DNA of 64,000 nt from Burkholderiales bacterium. GTDB taxonomy: Bacteria; Pseudomonadota; Gammaproteobacteria; Burkholderiales; Burkholderiaceae_C. Position 1 is the first letter of the stretch; every line of letters starts with the position of its first letter. The position numbers were made by a program, and so were the translations under genes. The notes under the pieces were generated by a model. It was not told where the DNA came from, did no database searches, and worked only from the letters and a program-made list of their open reading frames with translations. The stretch is taken from NCBI GenBank assembly GCA_046317675.1, contig JBKCVH010000092.1, positions 1,101-65,100 on the forward strand, given 5' to 3'. Positions 9,290-18,155 of this stretch are shown here, piece after piece.

Positions 9290-9769
9290 CTATCCGAGCA
9301 GGCGCTGGATCAGACCGTCGTCAATGTCCGCAGGCTGCCCCTTCCAAAGCACCTTGCCGTCGGCATCGGCAAAGAGTGCGTAAGGCAGGGCCTTGATGCC
9401 GAGTTGCTTCTGCAGCGATTGGCTGCCGCCCACCCAATGGGCGTAGTGCATGGGAACGCGCTTTTGAAAGGCGCGTACGAGCTCAGCGCTTTCCATGGTG
9501 CAGCCGAGCACCGCAAGACCTTGTGGGCCAAATCGAGCGTGCCAATCGTTGAGCTTGGGAATGGCCACGACACAGGGAGCACACCAGGTGGCCCAGAAGT
9601 CGATGAGCTGCAGCTTGAAGCCGGGCGCCGGTTCCTGTTCAAACCACTGGCCGTCATGGCTCGGCAAGCGCTTGCCGACTTTGACACCGTTGAACCAATC
9701 AACGAGGCCGGCGTTGGCCTGCGTCAGCGCTGCGAATGCAGGAAGGGCGAGGAATTGGCGGCGTTGCAT
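9290..9769 (-). CDS. TlpA/redoxin-family thiol-disulfide oxidoreductase with twin-arginine-like signal
   Basis: MQRRQFLALPAFAALTQANA carries an RRxFL motif. The thioredoxin active site is FWATWCAPC. Confidence 0.75.
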   Translation of the reverse strand: MQRRQFLALPAFAALTQANAGLVDWFNGVKVGKRLPSHDGQWFEQEPAPGFKLQLIDFWATWCAPCVVAIPKLNDWHARFGPQGLAVLGCTMESAELVRAFQKRVPMHYAHWVGGSQSLQKQLGIKALPYALFADADGKVLWKGQPADIDDGLIQRLLG

Positions 9770-9806
9770 GGCTAGCGGAACGCCCGATGTCGAGGGCCCG
9801 TTGACG

Positions 9807-10604
9807 TCAGCTCCCGACCGAAGCCGCCGCCACCGCGCGCGCGCAGAGCTCGGAGATGAGCGAGGCGCGGTAATCAGCGCTGCCGTGCAGGTCGCTCATG
9901 AGCATGCTGGGGTCCATGCGAACCGCGCGGGCAGAGGCGGGGCTCCAAACGGCCGTGAGCGCTGTTTCCAGGGCGTGCGCCCGGAAGGCGGTGGGGCCTG
10001 CGCCGGTAACGCCCACGCGCACGCCAGCGGCGGCCCGGCTCACGAACACGCCCACGAGCGAGAAGCGCGAGGCGGGCTGTTTGAACTTTTGCCAAGCCGA
10101 CTGGCGCGCCACCGGGAAGCTGACGCTCTCGATGAGCTCGCCCGGATCCAGCGCCGTGCTGTAGAGGCCGGTGAAAAAGTCCTCGGCCGCAATGGCGCGC
10201 TGGTTGGTGTGCACGGTGGCCCCGAGGCCGAGCAGGCCGGCGGGGTAGCAGGCGGCGGGGTCGGCGTTGGCAATGGAGCCGCCCAGGGTGCCCATGTGGC
10301 GCACTTGCCGGTCGCCGATTTGCGCGGCCAGCATGGAAAGCCCCGGCAGCAGGCCGGCCACGTCGCGGTGGGTGGCCACTTCCTCGTGGCGGCAGAGCGC
10401 GCCGATGTGAACGGTGTGCTCACCCTCCACGCGGATTTGCCGCAGTGCAAGTTCTTGCAAGTCGATGAGCTGGCTGGGCTGCGCGAGCCCCAGGCGCATG
10501 GCGGGCAGCAGGCTTTGGCCGCCGGCCAAAAAGCGGGCGTCGGGGTCGGCCAGCGCCAGCTCTTGGGCTTGGGCGGAGCTGGTAGCGCGGAGGTAGCTGG
10601 GCAT
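9807..10604 (-). CDS. coxM: xanthine-dehydrogenase-family FAD-binding (medium) subunit, CoxM-like
   Basis: ATG 10604 lies 1 nt after the coxL stop. FLAGGQSLLP and TLGGSIANADPA are FAD-binding blocks of the CoxM/XdhB type. Confidence 0.85.
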   Translation of the reverse strand: MPSYLRATSSAQAQELALADPDARFLAGGQSLLPAMRLGLAQPSQLIDLQELALRQIRVEGEHTVHIGALCRHEEVATHRDVAGLLPGLSMLAAQIGDRQVRHMGTLGGSIANADPAACYPAGLLGLGATVHTNQRAIAAEDFFTGLYSTALDPGELIESVSFPVARQSAWQKFKQPASRFSLVGVFVSRAAAGVRVGVTGAGPTAFRAHALETALTAVWSPASARAVRMDPSMLMSDLHGSADYRASLISELCARAVAAASVGS

Positions 10605-10605
10605 C

Positions 10606-12999
10606 TCAGGCTCCCTGGGTTGGTGTTGCCGTCGTGTTGGCCGATACCTTGGCTGCCTGAATGGCCTGCCACACGGTGTGGGGGCTGGCGGGCATGGGCA
10701 GGTCCTTGATGCCGAGGGCATCGCAGATGGCATTGATGAGGGCCGGCGGCGAGCCAATGGCACCGGCTTCGCCGCAACCCTTCACGCCCAGTGGGTTGTG
10801 CGTGCAGGGCGTGCCGGGCGCGGTTTGCACCGAGAAGGCGGGCAGGTCGTCAGCACGCGGCATGGCGTAGTCGAGGTAGGAGCCCGTCAAAAGCTGGCCG
10901 CTGTGGGGGTCGTACACGGCTTGTTCCAGCAGCGCTTGGCCGATGCCTTGCGCAATGCCGCCGTGCACCTGCCCGTCGACGATCATGGGGTTGATGATGT
11001 TGCCGAAGTCGTCCACGGCACTGAAGCGTTCCACCTTGACCACGCCGGTGGTCGGGTCCACCTCCACCTCGCAGATGTAGCTGCCGGCGGGATAGGTGAA
11101 GTTGGTGGGGTCGTAGAAGGCGTTCTCGTTCAGGCCCGGCTCCAGCGTTTCCAGCGGGTAGTGGTGCGGCACGTAGGCGGCAAGCGACACCTCGGCAAAG
11201 GCCTTGGCTTTGTCGGTGCCCTGAACCTTGAACTGACCGGCCTCGAAGACGATGTCGGCCTCGGCTGCCTCCAGCAAGTGCGCGGCGATCTTCTTGCCTT
11301 TGGCAACGACTTTGTCGATGGCCTTGACGATGGCGCTGCCCCCGACGGCCAGCGAGCGACTGCCGTAAGTGCCCATGCCGAAGGGCACGCGACCGGTATC
11401 GCCGTGCACGATGTCGATGTCGTCAATGGGGATGCCCAGGCGCTCGGCCACCACCTGGGCAAAGGTGGTTTCGTGACCCTGCCCGTGGCTGTGCGAGCCG
11501 GTGAACACCGTGACCTTGCCCGTGGGGTGCACGCGCACCTCGCCGGCTTCAAAGAGCCCGGCGCGGGCGCCCAAAGCGCCAGCGATGTTGCTGGGCGCCA
11601 GCCCGCAGGCTTCGATGTAGCAGCTGTAGCCAATGCCACGCTTGAGCCCACGCGCTTCGCTCACGGCTTTGCGGGCCGGCAAGCCTTGGAGATCGGCCAG
11701 GATCTGCACCATGTCCAGCGTGGTGTCGTAGTCGCCCACGTCGTAGGTTAGGCCCACGGGCGTGGCGTAGGGGAACTCGCGAATGAAATTGCGCCGGCGC
11801 AGTTCGGCCGGGTCGATGCCCAGCTCATGGGCTGCGGTTTCGACCAAGCGCTCCACCACATAGGTGGCTTCAGGGCGCCCAGCGCCTCGGTAGGCGTCCA
11901 CCGGTACGGTGCTGGTGAACACGCCGGTGACTTCGCAGTGAATGGCCGGCGTGCGGTACTGGCCGGCCAACAAGGTGGCGTACAGGATGGTGGGCACGCA
12001 GCTGCCAAAGGTGCTCAGGTAGGCGCCCAAGTTGGCCGTGGTTTTGACGCGCAGTCCAAGGAAAGTGCCTTGCGCGTCCAGGGCCAGCTCGGCCTCGGTC
12101 ACGTGGTCGCGGCCATGGGCGTCGGTCAGGAAGCTTTCGCTGCGCTCGGCGGTCCACTTCACGGGCCGGCCGACCAAGCGGCTGGCGTGCACCAGGGCCG
12201 TCTCTTCGGCGTACAGAAAGATCTTGCTGCCAAAGCCGCCGCCCACATCGGGGGCGATGACGCGCAGCTTGTGCTCTGGAATGCCGAGCACGAAGGCGCA
12301 CATGAGCAGGCGCTCCACGTGCGGGTTTTGGTTGGCCACGTAGAGCGTGGTGTGGTCGCTCGCGGGTTCGTAGCTGGCGTTGGCGGCGCGCGGCTCGATG
12401 GCGTTCGGAATCAAGCGGTTGTTGCGAAAGGCCAAGCGCGTGACGTGGCTGGCTTGCGCAAAGGCGGCCGTGGTGGCGGCGTCGTCGCCGATGGCCCAGC
12501 GGTAGCTCACGTTGTCGGGGGCGGCGTCGTGCAGGCTGCTGGCATGGCCGGCGGCCGTGGCCGTGTCGGCAATGGCGGGCAGCTCTTCGTATTCCACGTC
12601 CACCAACTGCGCCGCCGCCTTGGCCTTGGCCAAGGAGTTGGCCACCACCACGGCCACCGCTTCACCCGCGTAGCGCACCTTGCCTTCGGCCAAGATGGGG
12701 TGCTTGGGCTCCTTCATGGGCGTGCCATCGGTGCTGGTGATGAGCCAGCCGCAGGGCAGGCCGCCAAAGGCGCTGAAGTCGGCGGCGGTGAGCACGCGCA
12801 GCACGCCGGGCAGTTGCAGGGCGGCGCTGGTGTCGATCTTGCCCAGCTTGGCGTGGGAGAAGGGGCTGCGCACAAACACCGCGTAGCTCTGGCGCGGCAG
12901 CACGATGTCGTCGGTGTACTGGCCTCGGCCGGTGAGGAATCGGGCGTCTTCGCGGCGCTTCACGGACTGGCCGACGGTGCGTTCAGCTGCGTTGTTCAT
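10606..12999 (-). CDS. coxL: molybdopterin-binding large subunit of a form-II CO-dehydrogenase-like enzyme
   Basis: The 797-aa product has aldehyde-oxidase/xanthine-dehydrogenase a/b hammerhead and Mo-binding blocks. The active-site loop reads [11 protein letters not shown], which is the form-II AYRGAGR signature and not the form-I AYxCSFR. Confidence 0.9.
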   Translation of the reverse strand: MNNAAERTVGQSVKRREDARFLTGRGQYTDDIVLPRQSYAVFVRSPFSHAKLGKIDTSAALQLPGVLRVLTAADFSAFGGLPCGWLITSTDGTPMKEPKHPILAEGKVRYAGEAVAVVVANSLAKAKAAAQLVDVEYEELPAIADTATAAGHASSLHDAAPDNVSYRWAIGDDAATTAAFAQASHVTRLAFRNNRLIPNAIEPRAANASYEPASDHTTLYVANQNPHVERLLMCAFVLGIPEHKLRVIAPDVGGGFGSKIFLYAEETALVHASRLVGRPVKWTAERSESFLTDAHGRDHVTEAELALDAQGTFLGLRVKTTANLGAYLSTFGSCVPTILYATLLAGQYRTPAIHCEVTGVFTSTVPVDAYRGAGRPEATYVVERLVETAAHELGIDPAELRRRNFIREFPYATPVGLTYDVGDYDTTLDMVQILADLQGLPARKAVSEARGLKRGIGYSCYIEACGLAPSNIAGALGARAGLFEAGEVRVHPTGKVTVFTGSHSHGQGHETTFAQVVAERLGIPIDDIDIVHGDTGRVPFGMGTYGSRSLAVGGSAIVKAIDKVVAKGKKIAAHLLEAAEADIVFEAGQFKVQGTDKAKAFAEVSLAAYVPHHYPLETLEPGLNENAFYDPTNFTYPAGSYICEVEVDPTTGVVKVERFSAVDDFGNIINPMIVDGQVHGGIAQGIGQALLEQAVYDPHSGQLLTGSYLDYAMPRADDLPAFSVQTAPGTPCTHNPLGVKGCGEAGAIGSPPALINAICDALGIKDLPMPASPHTVWQAIQAAKVSANTTATPTQGA

Positions 13000-13011
13000 G
13001 GTCTTGGCCCC

Positions 13012-13482
13012 TTAAGGCTTGAGCAAAGCAGCGCCTTGCTGCACCGCACGCACGATGTTGTGATAACCCGTGCAGCGGCAGAAGTTGCCGTCCATCCCGT
13101 TGCGGATGTCGGCCTCGCTCTCGCAAGGGTGGTTGCTCACCAGGTCCAGGGCCGACATGACCATGCCCGGGGTGCAGAAGCCGCACTGCAAGCCGTGGCA
13201 GTCCTTGAAGGCCTGTTGCATCACGTGCAAGGAGCCATCGGGCGGGGACATGCCTTCAATGGTCGTGACCTCGCGGCCATTGACCTGCAGCGCCAGCACG
13301 TTGCAGCTCTTGACGGCATACCCGTCGACGAGCACGGTGCAAGCCCCGCATTGCGCGGTGTCACAGCCCACATGGGTGCCGGTCAGGCCAAGGTCTTGAC
13401 GCAGCACCTCAACCAGCAGGCGGTCGGGCGCCACCGAAAGGCTCTCAGCCTCGCCATTGACATTGATTTCTAGGGAGTGCAT
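13012..13482 (-). CDS. coxS: (2Fe-2S)-binding small subunit, CoxS-like
   Basis: ATG 13482 (MHSLEINVNG) has GGAG 7 nt upstream. Two cluster motifs are present, CDTAQCGACTV and CGFCTPGM...CRCTGY. Confidence 0.9.
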   Translation of the reverse strand: MHSLEINVNGEAESLSVAPDRLLVEVLRQDLGLTGTHVGCDTAQCGACTVLVDGYAVKSCNVLALQVNGREVTTIEGMSPPDGSLHVMQQAFKDCHGLQCGFCTPGMVMSALDLVSNHPCESEADIRNGMDGNFCRCTGYHNIVRAVQQGAALLKP

Positions 13483-13557
13483 CTCGGGCTCCGGGCTTTG
13501 CATCGGGAGGGGCCATCATCGTCGCCTGCGGGGCGGCGTGAAGAATTGGGCGTTTCC

Positions 13558-15645
13558 CTATTTCTGCTGCGCATGCCATGCAAGGAAAGCGCTCACGGCC
13601 ATGGGTCGGCCGGTGTAGAAGCCCTGCACCAGCTGGCAACCCGCGCGGCGCACCGCCAGCAGCTCGGCTTCACGCTCCACGCCCTCGGCGGTCACGGTCA
13701 GACCGAGCGTTTGGCCGAGCTGAACAATGGCGGCCAAGAGCTCGTAGCGCTTGGGCTCCAGGTCGACATCCCGGACAAAGCTGCGGTCGATCTTGAGCTC
13801 GTCCACCGGCAAACGCTGCAAATAGGCCAGCGAGCTGTGGCCGGTGCCAAAGTCGTCAATGGCCAGCCGAACGCCGATGCTCTTCAAGCGGTGCAAGAGG
13901 GCCACTGGGTCTTCACCCGGGTCCATCAGCCCACTCTCGGTGATTTCCAAGATCAAGCGAGCCGGGTCGACCGCATGCTGCTGGAGCAAGCGGCGCAGGT
14001 GCTGGTCCAGCTGCGGGTCGTGCAGGTCTTTGGTGGAGAGGTTGACGGCGAGGCGCAGCCCCTCAAACTCGGGCTTGGTCAGCAGGCCGACCACGGTGGT
14101 CAGCATCCATTGGGTGAGGCTGCGAATGCGGCCGGTGCGTTCGGCAAAGGGAATGAAGTCGGCGGGCGACACAAAGCCCCGCTGCGGGTGCTGCCAGCGA
14201 ATCAAGGCCTCAGCCCCTGTGCACTCTTGGCCACCCAGCGTGACGCGCATCTTGGGCTGCAAAAAGGCCACGAGCTGGCCTTGCTCTTGGGCCACTTGCA
14301 GCTCGCTCGCCAAGCTCAGGTCCAGCTGGCGGGTTCGCTCCAGGCTGTCGTTGTAGAGCTCGGTGCCACTGCGCCGGCGCTTGGCTTCGAACAAGGCTTG
14401 CTCGGCACAGCGAAGCAGGTCGGGCGCCTTCTGGGCATGCAGGGGGTGCAGGGCCACGCCCACCAGCAAGTGCAGGTCGGGCGACTGCCCTTGCCACTCA
14501 AAGGGCCGCTCCATGCCGGCCCGGAAGCGCTGAACCAGGGCCAGCGCCTGCTCGGCCCCATCCAGCCCAGCGGCCAGAGGCAGCAGCACGGCAAAGGTGC
14601 CGCCGCCCAAACGGGCCGTGCAGCTTTGCAGCCCGGCTTGCACCCGCAAGCGCTCAGCGGCACAGCGAATGGCGGCGTCGCCGGCTTCATAGCCGAGGAC
14701 AGCATTGATGGTCTTGAGCCCTTCCAAATCCAGGCAAAGCAGGGCAAAGGGTGCGTCTGCGGCCAGCAGCAGCGCCGTGTCCTCTTGAAAGCGGCCGCGC
14801 TGGGCCAAGCCGGTTTCCGCATCCATCTGTGCCAGCTCGCGAATGTGCGCTTCGCGCTCTGCCACTGCCGCTGCCAACAGGTTGAGCGTGGCGGCCAGAC
14901 CGGCCACTTCGTCACTGCCCCGCACCAGGACGCGTGCGCTGTAGTCGCCGCCTGCCAAGCGGCGTGCAATTTGCTCGGTCCGCTGCAAGGGCTCGCTGAT
15001 GGAACGCCGAATGGCGCGCGCCAAAACGCCACCCCCCACAAGGGCAAACAAGCAAATCAATGCCAGGGCGATCGTGTCGCGCCGCACCTGGCCCTGCTGC
15101 TCTTGGGCCAAAGCCAGGGCACGCCCTTGCTCTTGAGCGACCTGCTCATCCGCCAGTTCACTCAGGCGCGACAGGGCAACTTCGGTGCGCGCGGCCATCA
15201 AGGCACGAACCCCGGCGGCATCGCCGGCTTCGATGCGATCCACGGTTTCGTCGTACACGCCCCGGTAGAGGGCCAAGGCGGTTGCCAGGGGATAGGTGCG
15301 GCGCCCCGCCGCGTCGGAGGCGAAGCGCAAGGTCTCGACATTGGCATCAATGCGCCGGTGGGCTTCGTCGATGGCGTGGTAGGTCAGTGCGCGCAGTTCC
15401 CGATCACCCGTCACCAGAGTGAGCAACTGGCGCGAGACCCGACCCACGTCGGCACTGATTTCCGAGGCAACGCGAATGCGCTGCATCGAGCCCTCAGAGA
15501 AAGCGGCCACCGCCCGTTCGTACTCATGGAACCGTGCCGCCGCCAAGCCGGACACGAGCAGCAACAGCCCAATCAACAAGCCGAAGGCCCCGCGCAGCCG
15601 CAGGTGCGCCGGTTGTTGGCGTAGCCAGCGACTCATTAGGCGCAT
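13558..15645 (-). CDS. membrane sensor with 4-helix-bundle, HAMP, degenerate GGDEF and EAL domains (putative c-di-GMP phosphodiesterase)
   Basis: The start is uncertain: ATG 15645, or GTG 15657 from the ORF track. The GGDEF position reads GGGTF. The EAL motifs are intact (GAEALIRWQHP, DDFGTGHSSLAYL, KIDRSF, EGVE, QGF). Confidence 0.85.
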   Translation of the reverse strand: MRLMSRWLRQQPAHLRLRGAFGLLIGLLLLVSGLAAARFHEYERAVAAFSEGSMQRIRVASEISADVGRVSRQLLTLVTGDRELRALTYHAIDEAHRRIDANVETLRFASDAAGRRTYPLATALALYRGVYDETVDRIEAGDAAGVRALMAARTEVALSRLSELADEQVAQEQGRALALAQEQQGQVRRDTIALALICLFALVGGGVLARAIRRSISEPLQRTEQIARRLAGGDYSARVLVRGSDEVAGLAATLNLLAAAVAEREAHIRELAQMDAETGLAQRGRFQEDTALLLAADAPFALLCLDLEGLKTINAVLGYEAGDAAIRCAAERLRVQAGLQSCTARLGGGTFAVLLPLAAGLDGAEQALALVQRFRAGMERPFEWQGQSPDLHLLVGVALHPLHAQKAPDLLRCAEQALFEAKRRRSGTELYNDSLERTRQLDLSLASELQVAQEQGQLVAFLQPKMRVTLGGQECTGAEALIRWQHPQRGFVSPADFIPFAERTGRIRSLTQWMLTTVVGLLTKPEFEGLRLAVNLSTKDLHDPQLDQHLRRLLQQHAVDPARLILEITESGLMDPGEDPVALLHRLKSIGVRLAIDDFGTGHSSLAYLQRLPVDELKIDRSFVRDVDLEPKRYELLAAIVQLGQTLGLTVTAEGVEREAELLAVRRAGCQLVQGFYTGRPMAVSAFLAWHAQQK

Positions 15646-15667
15646 GGCTCTGCTCACTCCCCAGGGC

Positions 15668-16489
15668 TCAGTGGCGCTGGCGGAGCTGCGTCAAAACGCC
15701 CACGCGGGCCAGCAGCTCGCGGTCGTTCCAGGGCTTCTTGAAGATGCCAAACAGGCCCTTGGCGTCTTGGACCTTGGCTTGCAGTGCCTCGTGGCCGGTG
15801 ATAGCGACGATGGGCAGGTCTTCGAACCGGATGTCGTTGGTGGCGTGGCTGATCAGCTCAAAGCCATCCATCTCGGGCATTTCAAGGTCGGTGATCATCA
15901 TGGCAAACCAATGCTGGTTCAGCTGCTCCAGCGCCTCTTGGCCATGACGGGCCATGGTGACGGCATAGCCTGCGCTGCTCAGGAGCTTGGAGAGCTTGGC
16001 GCGCACCACGGCCGAGTCGTCCACGATGAGAACGGGCACTGGGCCCTCAGCCGGCGCGCTGGGGCCAGGCTGCAGGTCGCTGGCCCGGCGGCGGCGAGGA
16101 AGCTCGGGCGCGCTGGTGGCACTGGCCTCACTGGCAACAACAAGCCTCGGCGCGGGCGGCGCTTCTGGAATGGCTTCGTCACCCAGGAAGGGGCTGGTGA
16201 CTTGGAAATCAGCGCGTGGGGGCGTTGCCTCACCGGACTGCGCGGGGGCATCGGGCAGCAACTCGGCGGCCGTGGGCGGCTTCTGCGCTTCAAACGCCTG
16301 CACCTTGGGCAGTGGGGCGGGCGGCGGCGTGGGGGCGCGCCAAGTGGGGGGGAGTTGCGCGTCGCTGCGGTGGGTCCAGTGCTCGTCCCGGTGTTGGCGA
16401 GACAAGGCCACCACCAGCACGATCAGCAGGGGCACGAGGACGAGCAGCAGGGGAAGGTACTCGCCTAGCAGCGAGAACAGGTCAAACAT
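15668..16489 (-). CDS. membrane-anchored single-domain response regulator (N-terminal TM, Pro-rich linker, receiver)
   Basis: The N-terminal hydrophobic segment is LPLLLVLVPLLIVLVVAL. A Pro/Ala-rich linker of about 120 aa follows. The receiver domain has VLIVDDS, MMITDLEMPEMDG and FKKPW. Confidence 0.8.
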   Translation of the reverse strand: MFDLFSLLGEYLPLLLVLVPLLIVLVVALSRQHRDEHWTHRSDAQLPPTWRAPTPPPAPLPKVQAFEAQKPPTAAELLPDAPAQSGEATPPRADFQVTSPFLGDEAIPEAPPAPRLVVASEASATSAPELPRRRRASDLQPGPSAPAEGPVPVLIVDDSAVVRAKLSKLLSSAGYAVTMARHGQEALEQLNQHWFAMMITDLEMPEMDGFELISHATNDIRFEDLPIVAITGHEALQAKVQDAKGLFGIFKKPWNDRELLARVGVLTQLRQRH

Positions 16490-16526
16490 CGGGCAACTCC
16501 CGGGCAGGCTGAGCGCGCATTCTGTG

Positions 16527-18155
16527 TCAGCGAGCCGCTAGCAGGCGCCCGATGGACTGAGAGGGGACCGGCTGCCTCAGTAACTTGGATAGGGTGGGGG
16601 CGATGTCGGTCACGGCCACGGGGGTTTCGATGCGCGCTTTGGCAAACCAGCGCGGGCCCCAGGCCAAGATGGGCACATGCTGGTCGCTGGGCCAGGGGTT
16701 GCCATGCGTGGCGCCCTGCAGGCGGCTGCCCAAAATCCATCCCTCGGCCATGCCAAACAGCACCGGGGGGCTGCGCTCGGGGTGCCAAGCGTGCCGCAGG
16801 GTTTGCAGCAGCGGCTGGTCGGCGCGCGGCGCCTGCGGGCTGCGCAGTTCGTCGGGGCCGTAGGCGGCGCCAATGCCTTCTTGGCCGCGCAAGGCTTTGG
16901 CGGCGGCACGGTAGACCGTGCCGGGGTCGAGCTCTTTCTCGCGCATCAGGGTCTCATCGAACAAAACGCCGCTGGCGCTCAAGGTGCGGGCCAAGCGCGG
17001 CAGCCCAAACTGCTCTTGCAGGCTGGCGTTGAGCAGGCCCAACAACTGCGCCACCGGGAGACGGCCCGCAGGGCGGCCTTGCTGCTTGGCCCACTCCGGG
17101 GTGTCGGTGAAGCCGTGATCGGCGGTGAGCATCACCGCATAGCGGCCCTTGCCCACGCGGGCATCCAAGTCTCTGAAGAAGCCTTGCAACAGCCGGTCCA
17201 CGTGCAGCAGGTGGTCTTGCGCCAAGCGCGACTCCGGCCCAAAGGCATGGCTCACGTAGTCGTGGCTGGAGAGGCTGATGGCCAAGATGTCGGGCGTGCG
17301 GTCTTGCCCCAGTTGCTCGCCCGAGAGGGCGGCGCGGGCGAAGTCCAGGGTGAGTTGGTCGCCAAAGGGCGAGGTCAGCAGGTCGCCATAAAAGCGCGGG
17401 CCTTTGTCTTCTTGGCCCTTGCCCATGGTGGCGGGCAGGCTGCGGCCATAGCCGGCACTGGCCATCCAGGGGGAGTCGTCCGGGGCATAGCCAGCGTACG
17501 CGGCCTCGGGCAGCAGCGGGTTCCAAGTGGCGCCCCACAGGGCGTCGGCAGGGCGGCGCGCGTTGAAGGCGTTCACCCAGGCCGGATGCTGGGCCATGTA
17601 ATAGGTGCTGGAGCTGAAGAAGCCGTTCTCCGTGAGGAACATGTAGGCCGTGCCGCTGTGCCCTGCAGGGAGGATGGCACCCCGGTCTTTGCCGCTGATG
17701 CCGATCACCTTGGCCAAGGGCTCCCGCTTGCGCAGCACGTCGCCCACCGTTTCGGCCAGCAAGTTGGCGGGGCTGGTGCCGGCTTCGGGGGCATTGAGCG
17801 GCACGCCCAAGTAGCGGTGGCGCCGGTCTTCGGCGCAATACAGGCCTTGGCGCGTGCGGGGGTCGGTCCACTCGTTGCTGATGATGCCGTGCAGGGCCGG
17901 CGTGGCGCCCGTCAGCATGCTGGCGTGGCCGACACCGGTCACCGTGTGGGCGTGCAAGTAACTGGCCTGGGCCCAGGTGCTGCCTTGGTCCAGGAAGCGC
18001 CGGAAACCATCGGGGCCGAACTGGCCCTTCCAAGCCTCGACTTGGCGCATGGGCAAGCCGTCGATGGCGATGAAGACGATCAGGCGGGGCCGCTCAGGCG
18101 CTGACTGAGCCCCCAGACTGAGCCCGAGGGCGGCTGCGAGCAGGAGATGCTTCAT
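16527..18155 (-). CDS. secreted alkaline-phosphatase-superfamily enzyme (nucleotide pyrophosphatase/phosphodiesterase type)
   Basis: The signal peptide is MKHLLLAAALGLSLGAQSA. IAIDGLP, the nucleophile block AHTVTGVGHASMLTG and a later TADHGF block are present. Its ATG overlaps the glcF stop (ATGA at 18152-18155). Confidence 0.8.
   Translation of the reverse strand: MKHLLLAAALGLSLGAQSAPERPRLIVFIAIDGLPMRQVEAWKGQFGPDGFRRFLDQGSTWAQASYLHAHTVTGVGHASMLTGATPALHGIISNEWTDPRTRQGLYCAEDRRHRYLGVPLNAPEAGTSPANLLAETVGDVLRKREPLAKVIGISGKDRGAILPAGHSGTAYMFLTENGFFSSSTYYMAQHPAWVNAFNARRPADALWGATWNPLLPEAAYAGYAPDDSPWMASAGYGRSLPATMGKGQEDKGPRFYGDLLTSPFGDQLTLDFARAALSGEQLGQDRTPDILAISLSSHDYVSHAFGPESRLAQDHLLHVDRLLQGFFRDLDARVGKGRYAVMLTADHGFTDTPEWAKQQGRPAGRLPVAQLLGLLNASLQEQFGLPRLARTLSASGVLFDETLMREKELDPGTVYRAAAKALRGQEGIGAAYGPDELRSPQAPRADQPLLQTLRHAWHPERSPPVLFGMAEGWILGSRLQGATHGNPWPSDQHVPILAWGPRWFAKARIETPVAVTDIAPTLSKLLRQPVPSQSIGRLLAAR

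Noticed and set aside
10606-12999. A bona fide aerobic CO dehydrogenase (form I).
   Set aside because: The active-site loop is AYRGAGR rather than AYxCSFR, and the gene order is S-L-M. Only a form-II (function-unknown) assignment is justified.
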